From Octopus vulgaris (Eukaryota): DNA of 64,000 bases. The stretch covers positions 1,178,001 to 1,242,000 of the forward strand of contig OX597825.1 of the NCBI GenBank assembly GCA_951406725.2. Direction: 5' to 3'. The notes beneath the pieces are model-generated. The model was not told the DNA's origin. It worked only from the letters and a program-made list of their open reading frames with translations, and made no database searches. Of this stretch, positions 24,800 through 38,196 are shown in pieces. The first letter of the stretch is position 1; each line of letters begins with the position of its first letter. Both the position numbers and the translations under genes were made by a program.

Positions 24800-26406
24800 C
24801 CTGTTATAATTGAGGCACATAAATGGGGTGCCATTTTCATCTACATAAGGTGGTGGACAGGTAAAAAAACCAAAATTGATTTGCTTATTATCTCTCTACC
24901 AAATTTCTTTCTACAGTTGGATAATTTTGCTTTCTTTTTCACCTTATCCAGTGACATCTCTTTCCCGCTTGCAACTGCCGTAGCAATTGTAAATGTTGCC
25001 ACAGCTTCTGTGTCCACCACAAGTTTGATGGAACTGGAAAAAAACAGGCAAAAAATAATACATGGCCCTGGTTACATGGTATGAGAATTTTAAATTCTAG
25101 ACCACATCACAGCCCAGGCCATGCTGGCTTCAATTATCGTCCCTTTTCCCCACATGAAATTGAACCCACAGCAATACCTAGTATTAGCTTCACAAATCTT
25201 CCAAATTTTGATCCCACATTTTGTTGATTTCCCAGGCATGTACTGTCGGAAACATGCTCATCAGTGAATAGATATCTCCCTGGTTTGTACAACGTGTTAT
25301 AGGCATTTTGAATGCAATTGATGAGGGGTTTTATTTTAAACTAGCATTATGACCCGTCCTTGCCGGGTCATAGTGCTAGTGCATGTATATATGTGTATAT
25401 ATATGTGTACATATTACATGTACATCTATATATATATACATCTACACATAAAATACAAAGTTATATCTTGATATCGCTAGTGACAACAATACTCAAAATA
25501 TATAACAGACTAGAATTGTAAGCCCGTCTCTTGCAATTTCGATCAATTGTATCTTGTCCTCCCTCTTGTATAGAAGTGTGGCTAAAATCCAGCCTACCTC
25601 AACTTCTGGGGGTGGGTGGACATTTTAAATTTTTATCCGGCACGTCCTGCGTTCCAGATATAAAGGTAAAAATAAAATATTTCCACTTTGCAAGTTCGAG
25701 TCGAGTACTCCCTTGCACGCTCCGTTGACTCGAACCTTGCTTCTATTGTGGCGAATTTAACGCCTCTGATTAGATACCTTTCATAGTCGCACCAAGACAC
25801 TTTTCAAAGGTGCTTTCCTCCAGGTGTTCAAATCTTCTTTTTTCTCTACATTGTATACTTTATAGACAATGGTCTTTTCTTTAATTTAATTTTTTATTAT
25901 CCATCTGGACTATTCCCTTTCTGCATGCTAATTTTATTTTTAATTTATTCCCATTCATGTGAAACCACTTATTCAAGTTCAAGTCATTGATGCAATTTTA
26001 TACCAATTGCTATTTTTACTTTTGTTATGTTACGATTATATTATACTTTAGTTTGATTTTAATTATTACTTACTACATATAATTCAATTGTTATTATTAT
26101 TTTTATTGTTAAAGTGAAAGTATCTGACATAAAATAGAGAAATGTTTTTGTTTCACTTTTAACACGTAATACTGAAATAGTGGAGAAGATATGATATTGC
26201 TATGGGCTCACTCTAGGCAAGAAGTTGAACATTTTTTTGCCCATGAAACTACATGGACCCTAAGTAAGGCATGTGTAAAATTTTAATGAAATTGGTTGTG
26301 TAGTTCTGAAGTTTTAGGGAAACACACAGACAGACAGACAGACAGACAGACACACATTCTCAGTTTTATATATAGAGAGATAAGGGATCAAAGTTTGCTT
26401 CTCCAC
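24800..26406 (-). mobile_element. piggyBac transposase remnant (PGBD-type), split by a Helitron at 25341-26380
   Basis: GEANFDPL|FKIKPLINCIQNAYNTLYKPGRYLFTDE, FRQYMPGKSTKCGIKIWKICEANTRY, HGLGCDVV: characteristic piggyBac motifs. Confidence 0.88.
25341..26380 (-). mobile_element. Complete non-autonomous Helitron (1040 bp)
   Basis: Minus strand: 5' TCTCTCTATATATAAAA, (GTCT)n, 3' hairpin gacccg-gcaagga-cgggtc, terminal CTAG; inserted between A and T with no TSD. Confidence 0.92.
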
Positions 26407-27351
26407 ATATATCTATAACAATGTATGTATACACACACACACACATACATGATGATGATACACACACACACACACACATATATATATACATCATCATCAT
26501 CATCATCATTTGTCATTATGCATATGATGTATTATATAATATATTTACACTATATAGATATTTATATATATATATGTGTGAATATAAATATATAGTATAG
26601 ATATATATAATATATTAACTAATACGCACATATATTTCACGTGTATAACCTCACACACACATACACTTTTGATGCAGTATATTCATACAGGTGTATACAT
26701 AATTTTCAACCCTTTTATAATTTTCTATTTATTTTCAATTAATATCTTCATTTTTATCTCAGATCTGTATGAATGCAGTTCAGAATTATTTCCCTTTCCC
26801 TCCACGATTTAAATGTGTCCTATTTTAAGTTTCATACTGTATGAGTTTGCAATTACCAACAACCTCCCCCCCCATGACTATTTCCGTTTGTTTTCTAATT
26901 TTTAAAAATCTTATTTATGTTATTTAATTCCTCCTATTAATTCCAAATATGTCCTTCCTATAACATCCCAGGTATTTCCTTCAATGAAATCCACCCCACC
27001 ACCTTTCTCATCATCAATATTATGCAATTTTAGGTTTTATTTTTATGTACTTTTAACTCTTTACTTTCAAAAGTTTGTTGGTTTCCTATGTTTGTTGCAA
27101 TTAAAGAATACATATGTGTGTGTGTATATGTATGCATGTTTATATCTATGTAGATATGTGCACTCATACATATGCATATACATAAATATATACATACATA
27201 TACATATATAATTCTATACATATTTATATATGCATTCATATATATATGCGCATACATATATATACATATACACACACACATATATATACATATACATGTA
27301 TATATATATATATATATACATACAAACATATATATGCAAACATATATGCAA

Positions 27352-27383
<32 letters not shown>

Positions 27384-28333
27384 TAATATATATACGTACA
27401 TTTACATATATATGCACACACATATATGCGTCGGGCAATTTGATATGCATGAGAAGACCTGTTCAGTCAAGTGAAACTGATATCGTAGCTGGGACGGATG
27501 GCATGTAAAAAACACCATTCAAACGTGGTCAATGCCAGGTCTGCCTGACTGGCTCCTGTGCCGGTGGAATGTAAAAAGCACCAACCGATCATGACCGATG
27601 CCAGTACCTTCTGAGTGGCATCTGTACTGGTGGCACATAAAAAGTACAATCCGAATGTGATTGCTGCCAGGTCCACCTTACTGGCTCCTATGATTCTTCA
27701 TAGCATATTTTCATTGCCTCCATAACTGAAGAGATGCTGGAGCGGGTTTCTGCCCCAATATCTGAAACTCGGAGTTTTATTATGGCACCCGAATAATTGT
27801 CATATATTATATTACATATATATATATATACATACACACATACATATATAAATAAATATATTACTATGATTACAACATAACTTGCTATCATTCACTAGCA
27901 AAACATGTATAAATATTATGTATATTATGATATTATAATACAAAAACTTCAACTCTTCTGTTTTATTTTGTTCTCAAACATCCAGTCAGAAAATCATTCA
28001 GAAATAAAGAAAACCAAAAGACAATCAGTGGATAAGTAATTCTTAATTGCTCAACTGTAGTTAAGATGTGCAGATTTACTTAGTGTCCGAAGCACTGGTT
28101 AACTGTTATGCTGTCTCATTCAAACTAGCAATTCTTCAACACACACACACATTTACATATACACATACAAAGAATGTGAGCTGGAAGCTGTATACGATGA
28201 CCATTTTTAGAGGGAGTTGCTAAGTTTGGGGGATAAGAGCATCCAACTGAGAGCATGAAGCAAAGTAGGGAAAAATATGAATACACCATTAATACACTCG
28301 TTTGTAACTACCAACATAGTTTATATATATGTG

Positions 28334-28386
<53 letters not shown>

Positions 28387-28830
28387 ATGTATGTATATAT
28401 ATATATGTATCTATATATATATATATATATACATACATACATACATACACACATATATAAACATTCACATAAATATTGTACCTATATACACTGCACAAGC
28501 AACCTAACATACCACTACACTGACTCTCAACAACAACACATGCAATTCCCTAACCAGCACAACCTTCTGCTATCAACAACCATTACTGTGCATCTATTAC
28601 TACATTCCATAGCCAGAGCATCTGTTACTTTGATCAGGTTTGCTTCTTCATATTGATTATAAGCAACACATTACTATCAGTGGTAATAGAGGGAGGTGTA
28701 GTAGTGCTGATTAATGAATACAATTTACTTGAAATGTTGATGACAATATCGAGATCTCTGATTCTAATAGGCTGACAGTTTTTATTTTCATTTTAAATAT
28801 AACCCCCCCCCCCCACACGTATCCCTATTG

Positions 28831-29108
28831 CAATTGTTAGAATTCCCATTATGCATTAATATACTGCATAAATTTAAGGCAGTCAAGATATTTGCTTATT
28901 GGAATATTTCCTTTACATTAGATATTTGAATTTTATGTAAGATATCGATATTAGATAAGATTTTAAAAGAAATCAATATTTGATAATATTAAACAGTTAA
29001 AAAATCCCCAGTGATTCTATTTTCATCTTTGCCAGAAAATAGTTAAAGAGCTGCAAACATTTTATAAAACCAAATCTGGGGAAGCTATTAGTTATATGTT
29101 GTACAGTT
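28831..29108 (-). repeat. Right arm of inverted pair with 22560-22838
   Basis: Colinear reverse-complement match along its whole length. Confidence 0.9.
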
Positions 29109-29159
29109 ACTAATGTGTGCATGTATTTGTGTGTGTGAGTGTGTGTGAGTGTGTGCATC

Positions 29160-29192
<33 letters not shown>

Positions 29193-30039
29193 GCATGTAT
29201 GTATATATATGCATGTATGTATATGTATTTATGTGTGCATGTGTCTGTGCATGTATTTTAAAGAATGTTGTTTGCTGATAGCAATATGACAAGGAATTTT
29301 AGGTTGTTCAAAATATGATCACACGTTCTATTTACCTTTTAGGTTGAAAACTTCCAAACTGTTCTAATGTTGTAGGGAAGATTTTTTGCCAGCATAACAT
29401 GCCAGTCCTGGTTTAGGACTAATCTTGCTGTAATTTAACCCCTAATTATAGACCTTAAATTGTATTCTTATTGACATCATAAAGGTGAGTATAGCAAACC
29501 TGTACACTATTTGAACTTAGAACACAAAGAATCATAACCAAATACCAAAATGTATTTTGTTCCTTGTTCAGTAAAACCTGCCATCCACCTCTGTAGCCAA
29601 TAAGAGAGCCTCTGTAGTATCATGTGACTAACAAGAAATAGCAGATGAATTTTTTTTTCCATCAAACTCTACCATATTAGAAAAGACATGTTGAACAATG
29701 TTGCTTCAAATGATCAAAGATGGGGAGGTCACAACTGGACTACTAGGGATAAACAACATATTAAAAGTATCAATGACAGCCATATGAAATGGATTATAAA
29801 ACGAAATAGATTGGTTTTGACAATAAGTAACCATTTATTTGAATACCTGAATACTCTACTCATTGAATTAGAATGTAATAAGTTTCGTATTTCACAGGAA
29901 AAAAACTTGTATTTAAATCATCAAAATACACTGATAATAACTGCAGAAATCAACCGTCTCAAGGTAAATGGGCTAAGACAATCTCTCAGCATACATTCAA
30001 GTATTTGGACTCGTCTGTGTGTGTGTCTGTGTGTATATA

Positions 30040-30101
<62 letters not shown>

Positions 30102-30319
30102 TATATATACATATATATATATACACATATATATATATATACATATATGTGTGTGCACTTGTTTCCACACGTTTTTCTTTATTTTTTGCCTTGTCTCTGC
30201 TGAGGCAGTGATGACATTTATTTGCATCCTCCATAAAAAATATGTCCTGTCATTCAGTAGTTCAACATGAGAAACAAAGCCCAAAACTTCAAAGTTAATA
30301 TCAACCTTTTTTCTAAAAT

Positions 30320-31625
30320 GTGTGGCTGTGTGGTAAAATGTCTGCTTCCCAAACACATGTTTCGGGCTTTCAATCCCATTGTGTGACACCTTGTGCAAGT
30401 GCCTTCTGCTAGAAGACTTGAGCCAACCAAAGCCCTGTGAATGGATTTGGTAGACAGAAACTGAAAGATGCCCGTCGAATGTGCGTGTATGAATGTATGT
30501 ATAATTATAGATATCTATGTATATATATAAACTACATATGTGGGAAATTCTGTCTGTGGATGTGTTTGTGGAGTTGTTAGCTAACTCCTCCTACATCGCT
30601 TTATTGATTTTGATGAAACTTGACATGTGAGTAGAACTCATGTCTGGAAACTTCATGGCATACTCAGTTATTTGAAAAAAAAATCGATAATAGGGCCCCT
30701 GGAAGGGATCCTTATATATAGCCAAGGGAACCAGCCCATTCATTTTCCTAAATTTATTGGTATAAATCAAATTGAGTGTGCTTATTTCTTACTATTTGAA
30801 CTGTTAGAATTATTTTCGTAATTTATCCAGTACAACCCTTAAACAAGTAAATAGTATTTTTCTAAACAATAGATCCACTTATTTTGGTTAGTGATTTCTT
30901 CATGAATATACCAATGCTAGTGAGGGTAATTTTCTCTGGGAACGCACAAAAGCCCTTTTCAGAGTTATTTACTTTGAATTGTTATTATCTCATACCTGAT
31001 TAGCCTGTTATTACGTAATATGCTTCACAATTTTAGTATACATACCTTACTAGTATTTCCTCCTAAGTTCTATATACCCTGGAAATGCATTAAAGCCTTT
31101 TTCAGGGCTACTTTATTGGAATTCTTACTATTGGGTAACTAATTTCAATGTTATTACATAATTGACTTCACAATTTGGGCATTCATAACTTATTGGGAAT
31201 TCCTAAAGACAAGATCCTTTGAAAGAGAGTTCGGTATTCTCTGTAAAGGCACAGAAACTGTTTTAAGGGCTACATACTTTGTATTGTTGTTATTGGATTG
31301 GTAAAACAATTATGAAAACGAAACCAAGGGATAAGCCCTGCTTTCCTGGGAATTACCAGGTATGTCAGCTAGTATATATATATATACACACACACATTCA
31401 TATGTGTATCTGTGTGTGTGTGTTTGTTTGTCCCCATCACTGCTTGACAACCGGTGGTGATGTGTTTATGTCCCCATAACTTAGCAGTTTGGCAAAAGAG
31501 ATCAATAAAATAATTATTGGGTTTAAAAAATAGTACTGGGATCAAAACATTTGGCTAAAAATTCTTGAAGACATGCCCCACCATGTCTGCAGTCTACTGA
31601 CAGAAACAAGTAAAAGATAAAAGAA
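30320..31625 (+). mobile_element. CORE-type SINE interrupted by a Helitron
   Basis: Head and core at 30320-30480, tail at ~31410-31625; order matches the intact copy at 19403-19820. Confidence 0.8.
30514..31372 (+). mobile_element. Non-autonomous Helitron (~860 bp) with internal degenerate tandem repeats
   Basis: A|TCTATGTATATATATAAA start, cctgg-gaatta-ccagg hairpin, CTAG|T end; ~145-bp diverged units at 30930-31300. Confidence 0.8.
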
Positions 31626-31629
31626 TCAG

Positions 31630-31689
<60 letters not shown>

Positions 31690-32330
31690 TTGTGTATGTT
31701 GCAAGTCAATGTTTTTGGAATAAGAGTCTTTACAACATAATGCTTACCTTAAAACAGTAAAGAATGGATTAAGAAATGTACTCTAAACATTACTAGTCCA
31801 AGAGCAAATCGGCAGCACACACAACTGGCAGCTGATCAAAATTGTTGATGGAAAAGAAACCAAAATCTTAACATCATTAGAGTTTGAAATGCATAAACTT
31901 TGCTACGAACGAACAACAGAGCCAGGTTAGAGAGAAGGAAATAACTTGTTGCCAAATTTCCTGCTTACAGATCCAATTCTGTAGACTAAATTCAAACAAA
32001 TGAAGGAATCCTGATTGAAGCTGGAAGTGATTTTATTCTCTTTTGGCAAGATAAACTCTAATCTGTCTCCTGGTTTTAGAACCTTCATCTTGCCCCTGGG
32101 TGCTTTTAACAAAGTAGTGTCCACTTTATCATGTGCTTTGTGACCTGTTATTATATTTCCTCATTCTGAATGAACAGATTTCTGGATGCACAAATGTACA
32201 AAAGAGTTTTTAAAGAACTTCATATTAAGCAGTAAAAAGTAAATCCAGAAAGATAGCATTGAGAAGTGACCAATGAGAAGTGCCAAAGACAATGATTGTA
32301 AAAGATACAATAAATAAATAGATATAAAGA

Positions 32331-32462
32331 ACTAGAAAAGCACTTGGAGAGCGCAGACCTCTGCCAAGTAGCTCATTCCCACCCATATACACACAAGCTG
32401 AAAATCGCCCAATTTCCCAAACCAGTGCTGGTAAAAACATAACCTCCTTGGCAGGGGTTAAA
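32331..32462 (-). mobile_element. Mini Helentron/DINE-like (HINE) element
   Basis: Subterminal inverted repeats acccctgccaag / cttggcagaggt, 3' hairpin gcgctctccaagtgc, end CTAGTT. Confidence 0.65.
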
Positions 32463-32839
32463 AAAAAACACAGCCATATGATTTTAAGAAAAAAAAACCC
32501 TTTAAAAACAGGAATCATCTGAAGCAGTTCACAACCACCATCATCATCATCAGCAGCATTGTCATTGCTTCCACTTCAACCACATACATCGCCATCAGTG
32601 TTATCATGACGGTTACCTTGACAGTCACTTTCACCACCACAACCAGTATAACCACTGCAATACCACCATCACACAACTAACACTATCATCAACACCACTA
32701 CTACCATCATCACCTCAGAATCACACACCACACTGCTCCTCTCGCTATTATAACCACCGATACTATTTTATCCCCACCCCATACTTATCTCGACCATTGT
32801 CATCATCAACACTGTCTCTAAACAGCAACGCCACCATAG

Positions 32840-33110
32840 GTTACATGGAAACGATGTGTTTTCAAGGGAGATAATCAAAGAACGTAACAATACTTCATGT
32901 AAAGTAAATATAACAAATGAAAAATCCTTCAAGAATCCATAAAAATTACCGGATCACTACCAAAATATCATCATCTGTTCCTTGTGTCATTACCAACTTT
33001 TTCTGCAAGTTTCATTAAATACTGTTCACAACGTTTTGAGTTATTTTGCACAGAGACGGAAAAACCAACAGCAATGAAAACATAACCTCCTTCCTTGGCG
33101 GAGGTAATAA
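32840..33110 (-). mobile_element. 5' part of a related Helentron/DINE-like element
   Basis: Starts ttattacctccgccaaggaaggaggttatgttttc on the minus strand, matching the head of 32331-32462. Confidence 0.6.
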
Positions 33111-35579
33111 ATGAAAACTGATAGGAAAATTGAGAAATATCTGGGAAAAATAAGCGAATAATCATAGTCTTTATAAGAACAGTTCTTTGAAGTATTTAGT
33201 AGTTCCAAGACATATGAGAAGAATATAACAGATGACTTCCAAGATATTCTGATCTTTGTTAGAATATGTATAAATGCCTGAATGGTACAAATTTAGAAAT
33301 ACATTTTTCTTTCAATTTATATCATATCAGGCTCTATGGCACCTTAAAAGACCATATATATATATATTGAACTCTGTGTAATCCCTTGCTTTTATGGCTA
33401 TAGTGATGCCTTGGCAGCACTAATGATTTCATTGATTTCATTACTAAGTGTGACACGAAACAACCAAAGACATGACTAATGAAGTTCGCATCCACTTGCC
33501 TCTTTATTGATTTCTATTCCAGCTGAGACGTTTGAATACAAATATGAAAACTGTCACCATTTTGCTCCAAGATAATCTCTTCACTCATTAAACACACATT
33601 CTGTTGATAGGTCTTAAGTCATAAAACCTGTCAATTATTTTAAGTCTGCCAGGCTTCAAAGTGCCTTGATTGGAAAAGTCTTGTCAACATTGAAACAGTC
33701 TACCGTCTGCTCTTTATTTTAATTCTTTCAAAGCCAAGAATCCTCAACTGCTCTCCAAACACTTTACATTTTAAAATATTTCAAATATGATAAAGATTAC
33801 TTCAGTAATAATTTATCCTCATTTCTACTGAAAATGTAGGATTAGAACAATCTAGATTAATATTTAGTTTTATAACATATTATAGTTTTAAAGAATAAAA
33901 ATTTGTACCATTTTGTAAGAGGTCTTTTAGAAGAGTGACCTCTTCAAAAATCTTCACTTGCAGTAAAAGTATTATATTTTTATCTCTGTGGCCCGTGGCG
34001 CTTGATGCGACCGATAAGAGGATTGGAAGTAAAAACAAAATGAATTTTTGTTTCCAATTTAGATTTCTGTAATAGAAAGTTTTATTGATTTATGTTTTGA
34101 AAAGTCATTGTGTGTGTGTGTGTGTGTGTGTGTATGATATAATGCACATTTCTCACATTTTTCTGGGCAGGTGAGCAGAAGCTAAACATTATAGACACCA
34201 TCTTTAATCTAAATGTGTTACATGTGGATTAGTTTAATATTAAATATCATCGCATCAACATTAGTAAGATTTACCCAAATTTTAGATTACATATTAACAT
34301 AAAAATATACAAGATTTATTATCCTTATCTTTCCAAAATTGCAGGCTGCTTCTTGATAACAAAATTCTATTATTAGTGAATCTCACTAAATTTTTTATAA
34401 GTCAGTATATTTGAATTATTGAGTAACTATTTTTAGAAAGAGCATTTTTCAAACTTGATTTGTTTAAAAAATAACAACAAAAAAGCAAACAAAAAGAAAC
34501 TAAAACTCATGGAAACATCTATTTTTGGATAGCATGTTCTGTTTTAAATTATTTCATATTAACCAAGAATACCACTCCTTTTGGCTAATATATATTGGGA
34601 AAAGCATAATATTGATTTCTTTTGACAAGGTACAAATCTTTAGATTCATAGTTTGTGCAGTGGGTACCGATTGTTGAGATATTCATTCCTTTTCCAAAGT
34701 ATTGTTATTTGGTTAAGAAGTTTATTTCATAACAATGTCCTTGGAGTTTCTATCCACTGCTCTCTACTTTGGCTTTAGGTTAATCAAAGCTTTGCAAATG
34801 AAAATTCAAGGGACTTTGGTAGTTTGTGCAGAAGCCTGTTTAAAAGAGGCTTCTAGTTCTCAGGTGGTAAGTAGACTTGATTCATTTGTACCTGCTTTAA
34901 TACCTGCCTAGTGCTTGTATGCTTTCTGCAGATGCTTATTTGTTGCAAGTATTTAGCCAAGGTATCAGATCTGATGATAACTTCTGCTAGACTCAAAAGC
35001 CTGAAGAAGGAAATAGCTACTGCTGTTCCCCTTCTGAATAAGCCACTTAAATGGCCTTAGAGTTACTGGTCTTTGGGTGTATACTGGCTGTTGTGGTATT
35101 CATTCTTTTTCCAAGTAAAATAATATATCTTTGAATTTAACCATCTTTCAAGTCTAGCTTAATGCAACTTGCCTCTTAATTGCTTTTTACAAGCATCATA
35201 ATGCAACAATACCATCAACACCTTTAATTAGATCTATTTTCTAGTTTATAACATTAACGGAAATAAGAACGAAACAATTAAGATCTCAAAGAGAAGAACA
35301 AGTTCACAAGTTTGGAGGAGGTGCACAGGCAAATCACAGGTGAATATCTGAATATCAACCTCAGAAGAATCAATGTTAGTATGAGCTCCAGTGAGATTTG
35401 AATTCAAATGTAAAGGTGCATATGTAAATATGGCAAGGCATTTAATCCATCAAGCAACCATTACAACCACTCAAAATCATCATCATCATCATCATCTGGC
35501 ATGGATTGGATGATTTGACAGCAGCTGGTGAGTGAGAGGACTGGGAAAATCCAGGCCTGCCTCTAAGAGTTTACCAAAA

Positions 35580-36235
35580 CCAAGATAAGAATAAATCACC
35601 TCCTTTATGTGGATGACCTTATATAAAATAATATGGATGACCTTAATATATACAAAATAATATGGATGACCTTAATATATACAAAATAATATGGATGACC
35701 TTAATATGTATATACAAAAAGTAAGACAGACCTGGATTCTGTGATCCAAACAGCGAGAGTGTTCTTAAAGATATTGGAATGCAGTTTGGGGTAGATAAGT
35801 GCACAGCACTATGTAAAGAGGATGGAAGATAATGTCTGATGGCATAAAATTACAAGACAACATATTTCAATTACTATGGAATAATGAAGGCTACAGATAC
35901 CCAGGGGTACTGCAAGATGATAAGATAATGGAAAAAGAAATGAAATAAAAAAGTCACTAAAGAGAGAATTAGGAAGATGCTTGAAATAAAATTAGACAGA
36001 AGAAACATCATTAAAAGTCCTAAATACATGGGCAATGCTTCCTTTCTGAAGTGGACAAAGATTGAACTGCAGATCTTGGACAGATGAACTGGAAAGCTAC
36101 TAAGAAGGCACACAACGCCATGCTATCCTAAAAGTATTATTGACCAACTCTGTCTGCAAGGAGGGAAGATGGTAGAGGGTAACTAAACATGGAAGACACT
36201 GTTGGTTCTGTGATAATGGGTGTGAAAAGTTATTT
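35580..36235 (+). mobile_element. Decayed R4/Dong-like non-LTR RT fragment
   Basis: RINHLLYVDDL, DLDSVIQT, DIGMQFGVDKC, KWTKIELQILDR; ~29-bp tandem amplification at the YxDD motif. Confidence 0.75.
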
Positions 36236-36409
36236 TGTACAGAGAGAGAGATACCCAGAAAGTGACTGAGACCAGAGGGCTTTGCCTCTCATTTTTTCAG
36301 GGGTCAATAAAGATGAAAGACAAAGTTGACCTCAGCAGAAGTGGAACTCAGAACATAAACATGGATGAAATGTCACCAAACATTCAGCCTGGCATGCTGG
36401 CTTGCTGCC

Positions 36410-36463
<54 letters not shown>

Positions 36464-38061
36464 GTTTCGAATTTTGGCACAGGGCCAGCAATTTTGAGAG
36501 GGAGGAGTTAAGTCAATTAGATCAACCCCAGTACTTAACTGGTACTTATTTTATCAAGCTTGTAATGATGTGAGGTAAAGCTGACCATGGCAGTATTTGA
36601 ACCTAGAACATAAAGAAGCATGAAATGCTAGTAAACATTTTTACCCAGCGTGCTAAAAGTTTTGCCATGAGAAAAAAAAGCAGATGTGAAATGAAATGAA
36701 AATGAATAAGAACAATGATTCATTTTATTGTTACAAAGACAATGGATGAAACAGACATTATACAAACAAATTGTAAAAACAACAGGAGATTACACAGAGT
36801 TAATTACGGAAAATAAAAAAAAAGAACATCCCTAAAAAAGTAGGCGGTAGGAGACTACGCAGCAGCAGCAGGGAACATTATGAAAAAGCAGTCATTAATG
36901 TTGTCATTAATGTTGCTTAGTAGCTTTTCATCAGACAAGAAGGCCAACTTTGTGTCTTTGTTGACTAAGATAAGAACAAAAAGGATAAGCAAATTGATTC
37001 TATATCTGCAGCAACAAATTTTTCATGACAAATTGGTTGAGACTTCAAACATCTCCAGTCGGAATCTGAAGCAGCAAAACCAGACCCAAACACAGCAAAT
37101 AATGGAAGCTTCGTGTGTCATCGTCATCATCACCACCACCACCATCACCAGTCTGATTTGGCAGGGTTTCTATGGCTGGATGCCCTTCCTAACACCAAAC
37201 ACTTTACAGAGTGTACTGAGTGCTTTTACATGGCACCGTACAGGGGTGCTATTATATTTTTATATTTTTTATATTTTTTATTTTATATTTTTATTTTATT
37301 TTATATTTTATTTCATATTTTATATTTTCAACAGGTGCTTTTATATTCATCTTGTGTTGAGTCAAACGTTTTGCAACGTTTCTGTTACTTATTTATTTTA
37401 TTTGTTAGGCTTCAAGAAATGCAGCCTAACCTTCAAAGCAGAGGCCAGTGTGTTTCATCATCTGAGGCCACATAATTGATGTAGGTGTTGGTTGTGTGGT
37501 TAATATGCTTGCTTTGCAACCACGTGGTCTTGGGTTCAGACCCACTGTGTGATACTTTGGCAAGTGCCTTCTTCTATAGTCCCAAGCCAACCAAAGCCTT
37601 GTGAGTGAATTTAATTGACAAAAATAGAAATAAACCTAGTATATACATATGTATATAAATATGATTTTTAGGAAGTCAAATGTTGCGCCCAGTCATAGGG
37701 TGACCATTGGTTTTGTAGCTATAAAGTGCTTAACAGTGTAGGTGACTCGTCAGACTTAAATAGCTGAAGGAACATACCTCTCTACAACTGGAGGAAGATG
37801 GATGTATATGTGTTTGTACCTTTGACATCATGTGATGGTTGTAAACAAGCCTCATCATTAAACAAACAATGCTATTTGTTTCCCATCTTTCATGGAAAAT
37901 CTGTCTGGTTATCAGGAAATATTACCTTGCTTGGAAACAATTAAGGGTTGAGCAGAGGAAAGGCATCCAGTCAGAAAAATCTGCCGCAACAAATTCTGTC
38001 TGATTCATGGAAGCAAAAAAATGGATGCCAAATGATGATGATGATTAGGATGATGAGGATG

Positions 38062-38196
<135 letters not shown>

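Noticed and set aside
26984-30398. Many overlapping ORFs rich in Y/I/H/T/C/V
   Set aside because: Translations of (AT)n/(AC)n microsatellites, not genes
34145-34180. Plus-strand CAG|GTGAGC ratchet-like motif
   Set aside because: Weaker tract and donor, opposite to the other splice signals; kept only as evidence that such motifs arise by chance
36880-37479. 199-aa plus-strand ORF
   Set aside because: Runs through an RTE-tail repeat and a T-rich low-complexity tract; no recognisable domain
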